Made by a program: the position numbers and the translations under genes
Notes under the pieces: generated by a model
Told to the model about the DNA's origin: nothing
Database searches by the model: none
What the model saw: only the letters and a program-made list of their open reading frames with translations
Source of the DNA: Ilumatobacteraceae bacterium
GTDB lineage: Bacteria; Actinomycetota; Acidimicrobiia; Acidimicrobiales; Ilumatobacteraceae
Assembly: GCA_017859395.1 (NCBI GenBank)
Contig: JAFMNE010000002.1
Span: forward strand, 18,804 to 82,803
Direction: 5' to 3'
DNA: 64,000 bases
Shown: in pieces, positions 1-9,990 of the stretch
How the letters are laid out: every line of letters starts with the position of its first letter
Position numbering within the stretch: position 1 is the stretch's first letter

Positions 1-228
1 ACCAGCGAGCTACGCGTGGCCGATGCCGACGCGTTTCGCGACTTGATGGACGACGGACTGAGCGCAGCTGCGGCCGCTGGTGTGCTCGGCGCGCCGCGCG
101 AATTGATGATCAGCATCCTCGGTCGACTCGATACCGAGCACGGGGGAGCGGGCGGCTACCTCCGCGATGTCGGTGGACTCGACGACACGGCGATCAGCCG
201 GTTACGCGACCGCTTGGTGAAATTGTGA
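1..228 (+). CDS. C-terminal fragment of a tyrosine-phosphatase-family-like protein (5' end outside window)
   Basis: Frame 1 is open from base 1 to the stop at 226-228. The tail GGYLRDVGGLDDTAISRLRDRLV resembles C-termini of actinobacterial Y_phosphatase3-type proteins, but recognition is weak. Confidence 0.35.
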   Translation, partial: TSELRVADADAFRDLMDDGLSAAAAAGVLGAPRELMISILGRLDTEHGGAGGYLRDVGGLDDTAISRLRDRLVKL

Positions 229-324
229 TCACAGGAGTGTTCGGGTCGTTCGGGCAGTAACGTGACCTGACGGTTCGCGGTTTGTCGAGCCGGTCACTGC
301 GAATACCCCTCAAGGAGGCCCGAC

Positions 325-528
325 ATGGCCACGGGCATTGTGAAGTTCTTCAACGATCAGAAGGGCTTCGGCTTTATCAGCCGCGACGGCGAAGACGACC
401 TCTTCGTTCACTTCTCGAACATCGAAGGCTCCGGCCGTCGCACCCTCTATGACGACCAGAAGGTCGAGTTCGAGGTGGGTGAGGGCCGTAAGGGGCCCGA
501 AGCCATCAACGTGCGCGTCGTCGACTGA
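325..528 (+). CDS. cspA: Cold-shock protein (CspA family, 67 aa)
   Basis: [15 protein letters not shown] (RNP1) and DLFVHFS (RNP2) motifs. AAGGAGG Shine-Dalgarno 7 nt upstream, and a roughly 95-nt untranslated leader typical of csp genes. Confidence 0.95.
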   Translation: MATGIVKFFNDQKGFGFISRDGEDDLFVHFSNIEGSGRRTLYDDQKVEFEVGEGRKGPEAINVRVVD

Positions 529-540
529 CGAACACGCCGG

Positions 541-3282
541 TTACCCCGAGTTTCGTAAGCCGGTGGCAATGGCGTTCAGAGTGAGCTGAATACCTCGGCT
601 CACCAGTTCGCCGTCGTCACCGGCGCGCAACTGCTCCAACAATCGCACCTGCAGTACATGCAGCGGGTCGAGATACGGAAACCGGTTCTCGATACTGCGT
701 GCCAGCACCGGGTTGTCTCCCAGCAGGTCCGCCGACCCGGTGAGTTCTGCGATCCAGCGCAACGCGGCCGTATGGTCGGCGCGGATAGACGCCATGACGG
801 TGTTGGCATGGTCGACGTCGACGGCAAGGCGCGCCACGTAGTGATCAGCGATCGACAGGTCGACTTTGGCGAGCACCATCGCCATATTGCTGATCGTGGC
901 CCGCAAAAACGGTGAGTCGTGATATAGGGTCCGCATTTCGTCCGCACCGGACTCACCCGCGACCTCGTCAAGAGCCGATCCCACACCGAACCAGCCTGGA
1001 ATCGACAGGCGGCACTGACTCCACGCAAACACCCACGGAATCGCCCGCAGATCCTCAATGCGATCTGACGCCGTCCGGGAGGCGGGCCGCGACCCCACAT
1101 TCAGCCGGCTGATCTCACCTATTGGTGTCACCGCTCGGAAGAACCCGGCGAAATGATCATCGTCGTACACCAGTGCGGTGTAGCGATCCATTGCGACCGC
1201 CGCCACCCGGTCCAGTAGGTCGCGCCCCGCGGTTGTTTCTGCGGCGTCATTGCCGTCGTGTGCGGCGCGCATCGATGCAATCAGCGTGGCCGACACCAAC
1301 GTGTCGAGGTTGCGGTGTGCCGTCACCGGTCGTGCGTACTTCGCGGCCACCATCTCGCCCTGCTCGGTGATGCGAATCGTGCCGCGCACGGTGCCAGGCG
1401 GTTGCGCAAGGATCGCGTCGTGGGCAGGGCCGCCGCCACGCCCTACAGTGCCGCCACGTCCGTGGAAGAGCCTCAGTTGGACCGAGTGACGGTCGGCGAC
1501 CTCGGCGAGGGCGTGTTGCGCGCCGAACAACGACCACTGCGACCGGATGTATCCGCCGTCCTTGTTCGAGTCGGAATACCCCACCATGATCTCGTGCGTA
1601 TCGCCGCGCCCGGTCACGTGCGCCCGATATGGCGCTGAGGACAACAGCGCGTCAAGAACCTGCGGTGCGCGATGAAGATCCTCAATGGTCTCGAACAACG
1701 GCACGATGTCGATGACGGCATCGATGCCGACCTCGTTGGCCAGTACAGCCACCTCGAGCACATCGGAGACCGATTCGGCCTTCGAAATGATGATTTGGCG
1801 GATCACACGTGGGCCAAAGCGTCCGATGGCCTCGGCCGCGGCAGCGAATACGTCGAGTTCGCTGGAGGTCTCGTCGCTGTAGCGCGCATGCGGCACACGC
1901 AGAGGTCGAGGGTCGGCCCACGCGCGGGTCAGCACGGCAACCCGGGCGTCGTCATCGAGGGCCAAATAGTCGTCGCACAGCCCACTGTGATGCAACAAGT
2001 CGGCGACCACGCGTTCATGCACAGCCGAGTTCTGGCGCAGATCCAACGAACACAGATGCCACCCGAAGGTCGCCACCGCACGACGCACGGGCACCACCCG
2101 GGCATCGGCGAGCGCGGCGGCGCCGTGGGAGCGTAACGAGTCGGCCACGATGTCGAGGTCACGCACGCAGTCGTTCACGCTGGCGTACGGAGCCAACTCG
2201 GCATGAGCAGGCTCGCCAGGCACCTCACCGAGAAGGTCGCGAGCTGTGGCCACGAGGCGGGCATGCACGCCTTTCAACGCTCGTCGGTACGGCTCGTCAG
2301 CACGAAACACCGAGTCGTCGCCTGAGGCATCGGCCAGAGCAAGCGCGTCGGCGGTGGGCTGCACCAGCCGAGCCGACATCGACAACTCCCGCGATAGCGC
2401 CCGCACCGCCCCGAGGTGGTGTCGCATCGCCGCGGTGGCATTTGCGGTGACAGCCTGGCGCACCACATCGGCGGTGACGAATGGGTTGCCGTCGCGGTCG
2501 CCACCGATCCACGAGCCCATCGACACGATCGACGTCACATCCACATCAACGCCGAGGTGATCCTGCGCCGCAGCAGTGATCTCTGACTGCAGGGCCGGCA
2601 CGACATCGAACAGGCTCGACCGATAGTGCCGGAGTGCCTCGTTGATTTCGTCGCGCACCCGCAATTTCGACAGGCGCAACATGGCGGTCTGCCACAGTGT
2701 CAAGACCTCGCGCCGGATATCGGCTTCTACCTCAGCGCTCGCGCTCGGACTCGAACGCACCAGCAGGTGGTGATCGAGTAGGTCGGCGATCCGTTCCACC
2801 ACGTCGAGCACGCTTTGGCGGCGTACTTCGGTGGGATGCGCGGTGACCACCGGCACCACCTGCACCGAACTCAAGGTGGTGGCGATGTCGCGGACGTCGG
2901 CCCCTGTTCCCACCAGACGAGCGAGTGCATGAGCGACCGAACCAGCGCGCGGGCCCGCACCCGCATCGAGATGGTCACGCCTGCGGCGTTCCGCGTGAAC
3001 ATCTTCGGCGGTGTTGGCCAGCAGGGCAAGCCAGCCGAACGCGCGGATCACATGAAGGGCATCGTCGATCGCGACCCCATGAAGACGCTCGGCCAGAGCG
3101 CCGACCGGCGACTGGCCCGCACGGCGTTCCTCCACGGCAATCTGACGCACCTGTTCAACCAGTGCGAATGCCGTATCGCCGGCTTGTTCACGCACCACAT
3201 CGCCGAGCAGACGGCCGAGCAGGCGGATGTCGTCACCTGTGCCGGCGGTGTGCATGTCGGGATCCATCACCACAGTGTGCAC
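541..3282 (-). CDS. ppc: Phosphoenolpyruvate carboxylase
   Basis: 913-aa ORF with VTAHPTE, GYSDSNKDGG and FHGRGGTVGRGGGP signature motifs. The exact start is ambiguous among Met1, Met6 and Met10. Confidence 0.95.
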   Translation of the reverse strand: MHTVVMDPDMHTAGTGDDIRLLGRLLGDVVREQAGDTAFALVEQVRQIAVEERRAGQSPVGALAERLHGVAIDDALHVIRAFGWLALLANTAEDVHAERRRRDHLDAGAGPRAGSVAHALARLVGTGADVRDIATTLSSVQVVPVVTAHPTEVRRQSVLDVVERIADLLDHHLLVRSSPSASAEVEADIRREVLTLWQTAMLRLSKLRVRDEINEALRHYRSSLFDVVPALQSEITAAAQDHLGVDVDVTSIVSMGSWIGGDRDGNPFVTADVVRQAVTANATAAMRHHLGAVRALSRELSMSARLVQPTADALALADASGDDSVFRADEPYRRALKGVHARLVATARDLLGEVPGEPAHAELAPYASVNDCVRDLDIVADSLRSHGAAALADARVVPVRRAVATFGWHLCSLDLRQNSAVHERVVADLLHHSGLCDDYLALDDDARVAVLTRAWADPRPLRVPHARYSDETSSELDVFAAAAEAIGRFGPRVIRQIIISKAESVSDVLEVAVLANEVGIDAVIDIVPLFETIEDLHRAPQVLDALLSSAPYRAHVTGRGDTHEIMVGYSDSNKDGGYIRSQWSLFGAQHALAEVADRHSVQLRLFHGRGGTVGRGGGPAHDAILAQPPGTVRGTIRITEQGEMVAAKYARPVTAHRNLDTLVSATLIASMRAAHDGNDAAETTAGRDLLDRVAAVAMDRYTALVYDDDHFAGFFRAVTPIGEISRLNVGSRPASRTASDRIEDLRAIPWVFAWSQCRLSIPGWFGVGSALDEVAGESGADEMRTLYHDSPFLRATISNMAMVLAKVDLSIADHYVARLAVDVDHANTVMASIRADHTAALRWIAELTGSADLLGDNPVLARSIENRFPYLDPLHVLQVRLLEQLRAGDDGELVSRGIQLTLNAIATGLRNSG

Positions 3283-3314
3283 CGAGTTCGTTGTGCAGGC
3301 ACCACACTGTGGGT

Positions 3315-4712
3315 GTGCGCATCACTTTTGCCACCGCCGAGTTCGCCCCATTGGTGAGTGTCGGCGGTCTTGCCGCGGCCTCTGCTGGGTTGGTGTCGGC
3401 GTTGCGGGCCAACGGCGTCGACGTCGACGTGATGATTCCCGACTACGGGCCCGATGTGTTCTCGGCCGCTGCACATGACTGGGTGGAGATCGGCGACGCG
3501 ATCGAGGTGGATGTGCCTCAATGGGCTGGGCCGGCCAGCATTCGACGCGTTGATCATCGTGTGGCTGGTCTGGTGCACCTGGTCGCTACCCCCGGTTTGG
3601 TGCGGTCGCACCCGTATCTGCAGCCCGATGGCGATGGTTGGCGCGACAACTCGGAACGCTTTCTGCGGTTCTCGCGCGCCGTGGCGGCATGGGCGAATGC
3701 GCACCGCCCCGACATCGTGCATCTGAACGACTGGCATACCGCGGCGGCCGCCGCAGCGACGGACCCGGATCTGGCTGTGGTGCTGTCGTTGCACAATGCG
3801 GCCTTCCACGGGGCCACCACAGGGGAGTGGTGCACCCAGATCGGTCCTCGTGGGAATCACTACGAATGGTGGGGCGGCACCAATCCGCTCACCGGTGGTA
3901 TCGCTCTGGCCGATGCCGTGGTGGCTGTGTCGCCCACCCACGCCGATGAGATCCGCCGGCCCGACGGCGGATTCGGCCTCGACGAGTTGTTGCGCGCGCG
4001 TGGCGCGGCGGTGAGCGGCATTATCAATGGGATCGATATCGAGGTATGGAACCCGGCTGACGATGCTCGTATCGCTGCGGGGTTCACCGCCGATGACCTC
4101 AGTGGAAAAGACATCTGTCGGGCTGATGTGTTGACCGAACTCGGATGGCCCGACGATGCCATGTTGGCGGTGGCGGTGTCGCGGCTCACACCGCAAAAGG
4201 GGTTGGATCTCATTGTTGATATCGCTCACCTGCTGGGCGATATCGGGATCCGGCTGGTCATTTTGGGCGCGGGTGGTCGCAGCGAGGAACAGGCGTTGTG
4301 CGCCGCTGCCGAACAGCATCCTCATCACCTCGCCGTGCGGATTGGCTACAACGAAACACTCGCTCACCGTCTGTTTGCCGCCGGCGACCTGCTGGTGATG
4401 CCGAGCCGGTTCGAACCCTGCGGGCTCGCCCAGTTGCAGGCCATGCGCTACGGGACAGTGCCGGTTGCCACCGCTGTGGGCGGACTGGTCGACACCGTGG
4501 TCGACCTTGACGCTCACCCTCGCACAGGAACCGGCATCGTGGCCGCCTCGGCCAGCGCTGTCGACCTGGTGTCGGCACTGCATCGCGCGACCCGACGCCT
4601 CGGCGATCGGCGTCGCCTCGCCAATGTCCAACGCCGCATCATGCGCCGTGACGTGTCGTGGGCCGAACCGGCACAGCAGTACATCGAGATGTACCAGCGG
4701 ATCGCACGCTGA
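3315..4712 (+). CDS. glgA: Glycogen synthase (ADP-glucose type, GT5)
   Basis: VRITFATAEFAPLVSVGGLA N-terminus (K/R-x-GG-L region) and C-terminal PSRFEPCGLAQLQAMRYGT motif. The ORF-track start at 2925 is an extension overlapping ppc; GTG 3315 (or 3309) fits homologue N-termini. Confidence 0.9.
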   Translation: MRITFATAEFAPLVSVGGLAAASAGLVSALRANGVDVDVMIPDYGPDVFSAAAHDWVEIGDAIEVDVPQWAGPASIRRVDHRVAGLVHLVATPGLVRSHPYLQPDGDGWRDNSERFLRFSRAVAAWANAHRPDIVHLNDWHTAAAAAATDPDLAVVLSLHNAAFHGATTGEWCTQIGPRGNHYEWWGGTNPLTGGIALADAVVAVSPTHADEIRRPDGGFGLDELLRARGAAVSGIINGIDIEVWNPADDARIAAGFTADDLSGKDICRADVLTELGWPDDAMLAVAVSRLTPQKGLDLIVDIAHLLGDIGIRLVILGAGGRSEEQALCAAAEQHPHHLAVRIGYNETLAHRLFAAGDLLVMPSRFEPCGLAQLQAMRYGTVPVATAVGGLVDTVVDLDAHPRTGTGIVAASASAVDLVSALHRATRRLGDRRRLANVQRRIMRRDVSWAEPAQQYIEMYQRIAR

Positions 4713-4730
4713 GCAGTACCATCGGCAGCG

Positions 4731-5957
4731 ATGGCAAGCGACCCGACAGTGCTGGTGATGGTGCTCGCCGGAGGTGAAGGCAAACGCCTACTGCCGCTCA
4801 CGAATGACCGCGCGAAGCCGGCCGTCCCGTTCGGCGGCGCGTACCGCATCATCGATTTCGCGGTGTCGAACTTTGCTAACGCCGGTTATCTGAAAGTGGT
4901 GGTTCTCACCCAGTACAAGAGCCACAGCCTCGACCGGCACATCTCTCAAACCTGGCGATTTTCGACAATGCTCGATGACTACGTCACCACCGTGCCCGCG
5001 CAGATGCGCCGAGGCCCACAGTGGTTCCAAGGGTCGGCGGACGCGATTTACCAGAACCTCAATCTGATCTACGACGAGCGCCCCGATGTGGTGTGCGTAT
5101 TCGGCGCTGATCACATCTACCGCATGGATCCGCGCCAAATGGTCGACGAGCACCGTGGCAGCGGTGCCGGTGTCACCGTCGCTGCGATTCCGGTGCCGCG
5201 CGCCGACGCGCATCAATTCGGCATCATCGAAGCCGCCGACGATGGTCGCATCCTGGCGTTCCACGAAAAACCTTCCGATCCGCCCGCCATGCCTGGCAAT
5301 CCCGATCAGTGCCTCGCGTCAATGGGTAACTACGTATTCGACACGCAGACCCTGATCGACGTGGTGACTCCGAATTCTGAGAACCCGCTCGTTGATATGG
5401 GTGGCGATGTCATTCCTGAACTCACGCGCCAAGGCGTGGCTCGCGTGTATGACTTCTCCACCAACCGTGTGCCAGGTCAAGACAGCCGCGAACGCGGCTA
5501 CTGGCGAGATGTGGGCACGATCGACGCCTACTACGACGCGAATATGGATCTCATCGATCCAGTGCCGGTGTTCAACCTGTACAACCAACGGTGGCCGGTG
5601 TACACCCACCGCAAGGCGCTGCCTCCGGCCAAGGTGTCACGCGGGATCGAAGGCGAACCGGCGGTCGTCGACGGCACTTTGCTGTGCCAGGGGTCGGTGG
5701 TGTCGGGCGCTCACGTTGAACGGTCGATCATTTCCCCTGCGGTGTTCATCGATCACGACGCCCATGTCACCGAATCCATCGTGATGGAAGGGGTGCATGT
5801 GGGCGCGGGTGCGCGCCTGCATCGCTGCATCATCGACAAGAACGTCGTGATACCGCCGGGTGAGCGCATCGGCTTCGACCACGATCTCGATCGCCAGCGC
5901 TACACGGTGAGCGACTCAGGAATCGTCGTGGTGGAAAAGGAACGCGCCTTCGGTTGA
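4731..5957 (+). CDS. glgC: Glucose-1-phosphate adenylyltransferase
   Basis: LAGGEGKRLLPLTNDRAKPAVPFGGAYRIIDF N-terminal motif, a left-handed beta-helix-like C-terminus, and position adjacent to glgA. Confidence 0.95.
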   Translation: MASDPTVLVMVLAGGEGKRLLPLTNDRAKPAVPFGGAYRIIDFAVSNFANAGYLKVVVLTQYKSHSLDRHISQTWRFSTMLDDYVTTVPAQMRRGPQWFQGSADAIYQNLNLIYDERPDVVCVFGADHIYRMDPRQMVDEHRGSGAGVTVAAIPVPRADAHQFGIIEAADDGRILAFHEKPSDPPAMPGNPDQCLASMGNYVFDTQTLIDVVTPNSENPLVDMGGDVIPELTRQGVARVYDFSTNRVPGQDSRERGYWRDVGTIDAYYDANMDLIDPVPVFNLYNQRWPVYTHRKALPPAKVSRGIEGEPAVVDGTLLCQGSVVSGAHVERSIISPAVFIDHDAHVTESIVMEGVHVGAGARLHRCIIDKNVVIPPGERIGFDHDLDRQRYTVSDSGIVVVEKERAFG

Positions 5958-5966
5958 GCGCGCCGC

Positions 5967-6908
5967 TCAGGTACCGCGCAGCGCGGCAACCACAGGCGCC
6001 ATCGATTCAAGATCGTCAGCGCCGATGATGATGTAGCTGAACCCCCAGCGTTCACGACGTGCCTGAAGATCCTCGATCAACTTCGGCGGCGGCCCGATCA
6101 GGGCAAACGGTGAGTTGGCCACCATCGCAACATCTTCGCCGGTGAATGCCGCCACCTCGGCCAGCGCCGAGTCGGCATCATCAGTGACATTCACCAAGAA
6201 CGTGCGAATGTTCATCTCGATGGTGTGGAGGCGATGCGCACCTGCTTCGCGGACGATGGCCACCTTGGCGTCCACGGCCTCGGCCGACATCGACGCAAAC
6301 GTCGACGCATCGATCGCTCCGGAGGTCAAGGTGGCATTGATGCCCACAATGTCGGCCTCGCGTGCTGCGAATCGCAGTACCCGCGGGCCACCACCGCCGA
6401 TGAGCACCGGGGGATGCGGGCGCTGCAGGGGGGTTGGTGTGCCGTCGTACTCGGTGATGGTGTAGTGCTCGCCTGCGAACGAGAAGGCCCCATCGGCCAT
6501 CGCGCCTTTGATCACCGCCAATCCTTCAACGAAACGATCGACACGCACACCGGGTCGGTCGTAGGCGATGCCGGACTGGCGATAGTCGGATTCCATCCAG
6601 CCTGCTCCAAGACCAATCTCTAAGCGGCCACCCGACAACACGTCGATGGTGGCCAACTCTTTGGCCAGCACCACCGGATGTTTGTAGTCGTTGTCGTGCA
6701 CCAGCGCGCCGACCCGCAGCGTGGTGGTCGCATCGGCCGCGGCTTGCAGGGCAGGAATCGGCGCCAGTTGATCATCGAAATGATCGGGCATTGTCAACAC
6801 GTCAATGCCGAGATCTTCGCTGCGGCGAGCCAGATCGGCCCACGCCGCGGCATCGGCGGCGGTGCGAACCTGCACACCGAAACGGAACGGACGCTGCGTG
6901 GTGGCCAT
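5967..6908 (-). CDS. LLM-class (luciferase-like) F420-dependent oxidoreductase
   Basis: MATTQRPFRFGVQV start, then DVLTMPDHF, GRLEIGLGAGW and PPVLIGGGGPRVLR motifs typical of the TIGR03560/LLM family. The ORF-track start at 7106 is a spurious Arg-rich extension. Confidence 0.75.
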   Translation of the reverse strand: MATTQRPFRFGVQVRTAADAAAWADLARRSEDLGIDVLTMPDHFDDQLAPIPALQAAADATTTLRVGALVHDNDYKHPVVLAKELATIDVLSGGRLEIGLGAGWMESDYRQSGIAYDRPGVRVDRFVEGLAVIKGAMADGAFSFAGEHYTITEYDGTPTPLQRPHPPVLIGGGGPRVLRFAAREADIVGINATLTSGAIDASTFASMSAEAVDAKVAIVREAGAHRLHTIEMNIRTFLVNVTDDADSALAEVAAFTGEDVAMVANSPFALIGPPPKLIEDLQARRERWGFSYIIIGADDLESMAPVVAALRGT

Positions 6909-6916
6909 GACCAGAC

Positions 6917-6940
6917 ACCGTAACCGGCGATGGTTACGCT
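6917..6940. promoter_or_regulatory. Back-to-back divergent -10 elements: TACGGT on the minus strand for the LLM gene and TACGCT on the plus strand for the PBP gene, lying in the arms of the inverted repeat CGTAACC-N6-GGTTACG
   Basis: Plus-strand TACGCT (6935-6940) is 6 nt upstream of GTG 6947. Minus-strand TACGGT (6917-6922) is 8 nt upstream of ATG 6908. The whole intergenic region is 38 bp. Confidence 0.4.
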
Positions 6941-6946
6941 CATGAC

Positions 6947-9202
6947 GTGGCACGACGTTGGTGGATCGCGCGTCTCGGCGTGATCGTTTTGGCCGGCGCC
7001 ATGCTGCTGACCGCCGTGGGTGTCGGCGTGGCGCCCCGCGTGTGGCGCATCGCGAATGCCCACAGCGAAACGCCGGTGGATCTGCCCGACTTCTTGCCCT
7101 TGTCACAGCGCAGCTACGTCTACGACGCGGCCGGCAACGAAATCGCCGTGTACGAGTTGCAGAACAGTCAGCCGATCACCCTCGACGACATCCCTACCCA
7201 TGTCGTCGATGCGTTCGTCGCTGTGGAAGACAACGAGTTCTACGTGCATCACGGCGTGAATGTGCGCTCGCTCATCCGCGCGGTGCTGTCGAACTTCGCT
7301 TCTGATGCGCCGGTGCAGGGCGCATCGACCATCACCATGCAGGTGGTCAAAAACGACTTCATGGCCGGCTTCGACCGCGACGGCCGCTACAAGATCACCC
7401 AGATCGCCTACGCGGTCCGTCTTGAAAAGGAACTCTCCAAAGACGAGATCATGGAGCGGTACCTGAACACCGTGTACTTCGGGAACAACTCCTATGGCAT
7501 CGCCGCAGCCGCCGAGACCTACTTCGGCAAGTTGCCAGCTGACCTCACGTTTAACGAATCGGCGTTCCTTGCCGGGCTTGTGCGTGCCCCGTCGAGTTAC
7601 GACCCGATCAACCGGCCGGAACGCTCGCGCGCACGGTTCATCCAGGTGGTCGATCGGCTCGTCGAAGACGAACTGCTGACCGAGGCCGAGGCCACCGAAG
7701 TGCTCGACACGTTCGTTATTCCCGAACGCCGCCAGCAAATCCCCACCCGGCAAATCGACCGCACCTACTTCAGCGAAGCGGTCCGGCAGTACCTGCTGAA
7801 CGACTCGGACATCTTGGGTGATACCTATGAAGAGCGCTACACCGCGCTGTATCGCGGTGGGCTCCGCATCCACACCACCTTGAACCCCACGATGCAGACC
7901 CTTGCCGAGGATGCCCGCGATGTGTTGCCCGACACGGTCGAAGGATTTGATGCGGCGATCACCACCGTCGACAACGCAACCGGTGCGATCCGGGCGATGG
8001 TCGGTGGCCGTGGCTTCATCCCGAATCAGCGTGAGGTGAACTTGGCGCTGGCGCCGAGCCAGACCGGGTCGAGCATCAAGATCTTCATCCTTGCGGCAGC
8101 GCTGCAGGCAGGAGCGATTGACGCGGACATCCTCGACGGCACACGGCCGTGCACTCTGCCGAACGCTGCCGACCCGAACGAACCCAAATTCACGATCACC
8201 GGTGGTGTGTCCGGTGGGGTGGCCAGTCTGCGCGAGCACACCTACCGGTCGATCAACTGTGCGTTCGCGCGTCTGTCACAGATCGTTGGGTTACACCGGG
8301 TGGTCGACACGGTGTATCGAATGGCGGCATCGGATTACCTGCGTCCCGGATTGCCCGCCGAGGTGCGTGAGCCGATTCAACCGTTTGCCTCGTTCGCCAC
8401 GGGCGCCAACGAAATGTCGACGTTGGATATGGCCGCGGGGATGCAATCCATCGCGAACGGCGGCATTCACGTTGAGCCGTACTACGTGGAACGCATCGAA
8501 GACGCTGACGGGCGGCGGCTGTACACCCACACCCCGCGCACCGCTCGTGTGCTCGACGCAGCGGTGGCCGACGCCGCCATCGACATCATGAAAGACACCT
8601 TGGTGATCGGCACCGCGCGGCGATCTCTTGGTGGCTTTGCCGAGCAGCGTCCCGCGGCGGGTAAAACGGGCACCCAGCAAGACAACACCACGGCGTGGTT
8701 CGTCGGCGCAACCCGGCAGTTCTCGACCGCGGTGATGGTGCGCGATCCCGACCGCTACACCGCGATGGTGAACATCCCCGAGTTCGTGGAGGCCGGTGTG
8801 CCGCGGGTGCAAGGCGGCACGTTCCCCGCCCAGATCTGGGGGGCGTACATGGAACCGGCTCACGCTGGCCTTGACCCTCTCGATTGGAACGCACCGCCGG
8901 CTGCCGTGCGCTCACCGGTGCGCCTCTATCTGCCAGGCAACGAATGCGCGGGAGTGATCGTGGGATTCGAACAGCCGGAGATCCCCACACGCATCGACCC
9001 GGTCACCGGCGAAGAGGTCCCGATTTCGGTGGTGATCGACGACGAGTTGCTGCAGCCACAACCGATCTATGAACAGGTCACGACCGACACCACGGTGCCG
9101 GTGGAGGTCACCGATCCGAACGCGGGTCTGCCGTCGGTGCCGCTCGACGCCTATGTTGGGCCGTGTGAGCAGTTCATCGACGGGGTCGTCCCCCCACAGT
9201 GA
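6947..9202 (+). CDS. Class A penicillin-binding protein (bifunctional transglycosylase/transpeptidase)
   Basis: N-terminal TM segment. GT51 motifs EDNEFYVHHGVN and GASTITMQ. Transpeptidase motifs SSIK (SxxK) and KTGT. Confidence 0.9.
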   Translation: MARRWWIARLGVIVLAGAMLLTAVGVGVAPRVWRIANAHSETPVDLPDFLPLSQRSYVYDAAGNEIAVYELQNSQPITLDDIPTHVVDAFVAVEDNEFYVHHGVNVRSLIRAVLSNFASDAPVQGASTITMQVVKNDFMAGFDRDGRYKITQIAYAVRLEKELSKDEIMERYLNTVYFGNNSYGIAAAAETYFGKLPADLTFNESAFLAGLVRAPSSYDPINRPERSRARFIQVVDRLVEDELLTEAEATEVLDTFVIPERRQQIPTRQIDRTYFSEAVRQYLLNDSDILGDTYEERYTALYRGGLRIHTTLNPTMQTLAEDARDVLPDTVEGFDAAITTVDNATGAIRAMVGGRGFIPNQREVNLALAPSQTGSSIKIFILAAALQAGAIDADILDGTRPCTLPNAADPNEPKFTITGGVSGGVASLREHTYRSINCAFARLSQIVGLHRVVDTVYRMAASDYLRPGLPAEVREPIQPFASFATGANEMSTLDMAAGMQSIANGGIHVEPYYVERIEDADGRRLYTHTPRTARVLDAAVADAAIDIMKDTLVIGTARRSLGGFAEQRPAAGKTGTQQDNTTAWFVGATRQFSTAVMVRDPDRYTAMVNIPEFVEAGVPRVQGGTFPAQIWGAYMEPAHAGLDPLDWNAPPAAVRSPVRLYLPGNECAGVIVGFEQPEIPTRIDPVTGEEVPISVVIDDELLQPQPIYEQVTTDTTVPVEVTDPNAGLPSVPLDAYVGPCEQFIDGVVPPQ

Positions 9203-9221
9203 CGGCGATGAGGAGACGCCG

Positions 9222-9938
9222 GTGACCCACGACGGCACCGCGGCAGATGTGCTGTTGACCCTCGTGGACACCGACGCAGCCATCGATCGCGCCGAGCATC
9301 GCCGAGAGGTTCTGCCGGCACGTGACCGGTTGGTGTCAGCGTCGGCCGCACTGACCGCGTGGGAACAGCGCCGCGGCGAATTGCGCGATGGTTGCGCGGC
9401 CGCCGAAGCAGCGATCGCCGAATCCGAATCGATTGGCACGACCTGCGATGCCGAACAGGCCGCATTGACGGCAAAATTGCGCACCATCATCGCGCCGCGC
9501 GAAGCCGAGGCGTTGCAGAACGAACTCGCGCAGGTGGCGCAGCGTCGTTCTGATGCTGACGATGCTGGGCTGGCGGCGCTCGATCGTCGCAGCGAACTCG
9601 ACGATGCGCTGTCGGAACTGGTGGCAGCCGAGGCCGACTTACGGGCCGAATGTTCTGCCGCCGACGAGGAATTGCGCGCGGCCGAAGCCGAGATCGATGC
9701 CGAGGTGGGGGCGCTGCAACAGCGGCGCGGTGCGGCGCGTGCAGAACTCGCCGACAATGTGCTGTCGCGGTACGACCGCCTGCGCGCCCAACTTGGCGTG
9801 GCTGCGGCACGGCTTGTCGGTAGTCGCTGCGATGGGTGCCATCTCGATATGAGTCAGGCCGAACTTGACGATGTGCGTCATGCCCCCGCCGATGATCTCC
9901 CTGACTGTCCGCAATGCGGACGGTTGCTGGTGCGATGA
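9222..9938 (+). CDS. C4-type zinc-ribbon / coiled-coil protein (COG1579-like)
   Basis: Long Ala/Glu/Arg-rich coiled coil ending in CDGCHL...CPQCGRLLV (two CxxC pairs). GTG start is preceded by AGGAGA. The ORF-track start at 9069 overlaps the PBP gene. Confidence 0.75.
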   Translation: MTHDGTAADVLLTLVDTDAAIDRAEHRREVLPARDRLVSASAALTAWEQRRGELRDGCAAAEAAIAESESIGTTCDAEQAALTAKLRTIIAPREAEALQNELAQVAQRRSDADDAGLAALDRRSELDDALSELVAAEADLRAECSAADEELRAAEAEIDAEVGALQQRRGAARAELADNVLSRYDRLRAQLGVAAARLVGSRCDGCHLDMSQAELDDVRHAPADDLPDCPQCGRLLVR

Positions 9939-9990
9939 CACCAGGTATCGGGGCTATAACAGGCGGCGGCGTGCTGCGAGGCGTCGACCG

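Noticed and set aside
2925-3314. N-terminal extensions of ORF-track entries: glgA from 2925, LLM oxidoreductase to 7106, murG from 55418, murB from 58183, dinB from 40931, the membrane protein from 30989, the Fur-family gene from 20511, and others.
   Set aside because: The extensions are Arg/Pro-rich, overlap the preceding genes, and homologue-like N-termini begin at internal starts with a Shine-Dalgarno or leaderless -10 signal.
3267-4631. 454-aa minus-strand ORF antisense to glgA. Similar long antisense ORFs occur at 7103-8239, 8912-9757, 12309-13085, 22021-23130, 30142-31239, 43270-44271, 47284-48237 and 55035-55994.
   Set aside because: Each lies opposite a gene with unmistakable family motifs. 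Their products are Arg/Pro/Ala/Ser-rich low-complexity sequences, typical of stop-codon-poor shadow frames in high-G+C DNA.
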